Below, in pieces: positions 62,991 to 64,000 of a DNA stretch of 64,000 nucleotides. Numbering within the stretch: position 1 is the first letter of the stretch; each line of letters opens with the position of its first letter. Origin of the DNA: Felis catus (taxonomy: Eukaryota); assembly GCF_018350175.1 (NCBI RefSeq), contig NC_058368.1, positions 15,688,001 through 15,752,000 on the forward strand, given 5' to 3'. Position numbers and translations under genes: made by a program. The notes beneath the pieces are model-generated. The model was not told the DNA's origin and made no database searches. It saw only the letters and a list, made by a program, of their open reading frames with translations.

Positions 62991-63219
62991 ATTAATAAAA
63001 ACATTTATTTTCAATCCAAGTATCTCATTTTTTAGACACTGATTTTTTTTTAAAGTCACATTAAATATCTTCAAAGGTTTACTAAGATATTCAGAATATG
63101 TACAGCTTCAAGAAGCCTGATTATACTTACTAAGAGGCCAATATTCAGGGCTAAATATCAGGGGCATGTACAACTTGAAAATTCATATTTTTAAATGATT
63201 TTTCTGATTAAAAACACTG

Positions 63220-64000
63220 TATCAACATAGTTAGAGGGAAAATAGTGGTATTAGAAAGAAAAGGGTATCTACAGATGGTATGATTATATCTATATAATCA
63301 TTACTTTCTGGAAAATCCAAGATTATCAACTACTATAGTAAAAACTACTACAAACATTAAGGGAATTAAAAAAGTGGAACAAAATGAATATATATCATAC
63401 TTTAGTCTTCATATGTACAAACAATAATCAGAAAATATAATGGAAGACAGTATTTGTAAAGTCAAGAAAGGAAAATCTAGAAATAAACTTTACAAAAACG
63501 TAGCAATATCTAAATAAAGAAAACATGTATATGGTACCAAGGGAAACAAAAGAATCCAACACATAGAAGGGCATACCATGATCATGGATGAGAACATGTG
63601 TTGACAGTATCAAAAAATCAATTCTCCCTAAAATTAATCTTTAAATTTAGTACCCTACTGATAGAAATATCAAAATAATTTTCCATTGAACCAGACAAGC
63701 TAATTTTTAGAGTTAATATTGAAAAATAAAGAACCAAAAGAACCAGGAAAATTCTAAGAATGAGGAATGACTAGCCTTAGAGGATTTAATATACATTATA
63801 AAGCTATAGTAATTAAAACTACAGTACTAGAAAATGAATAGATAAGTCCATGAACCAGAAAGGAAAAGCCAGAAACACACACACCACACAAATATGGATA
63901 TTTAGAATATGACAAAGATGATGTTTTTAAGTAGTGGGTAAAAACTGAATTCATAAATGCTGTGGGACATCTGGGTAGCCACATGGAAACCAAATTAAGT
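63220..64000 (+). mobile_element. Ancient L1 ORF2 fragment
   Basis: cattataaagctatagtaattaaaactacagtact and other decayed ORF2 motifs. Confidence 0.75.

Noticed and set aside
1..64000. CRISPR array, operon, prophage or other microbial system
   Set aside because: The sequence is mammalian with spliceosomal introns. There is no regular repeat-spacer structure or dense coding region.

Overview
This is mammalian genomic DNA, almost certainly from a felid: it carries about 40 feliform tRNA-derived Can-SINEs plus carnivore L1 3' ends. Two minus-strand genes lie in tandem. (1) The 3' part of ALG5 (dolichyl-phosphate beta-glucosyltransferase): I reconstructed four coding exons by hand (62539-62598, 57703-57854, 48669-48754, 46420-46535). 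They have canonical GT-AG sites, splice in frame to the recognisable ALG5 C-terminus (...DTQCGFK...WRLEQTRKMN*), and are followed by two AATAAA signals. (2) A CpG-island promoter and non-coding first exon at about 32.5-32.6 kb that I assign to SMAD9 from recalled 5'UTR sequence and the known ALG5-SMAD9 gene order. Positions 1-32476 would then be SMAD9 intron 1, with no SMAD9 coding exon in the window. The rest is SINE, L1, L2, MIR, DNA-transposon fossils and microsatellites, and almost all supplied ORFs are artefacts of these. I see no wholly new gene system. The best leads are a composite BMP/SMAD response element cluster (possible autoregulation), a poly-Arg uORF built from CGG repeats with two alternative donors in the first exon, a phase-compatible candidate cryptic exon in ALG5 intron 8, and several readable mutational scars. 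Repeat family names and boundaries are by eye and approximate.
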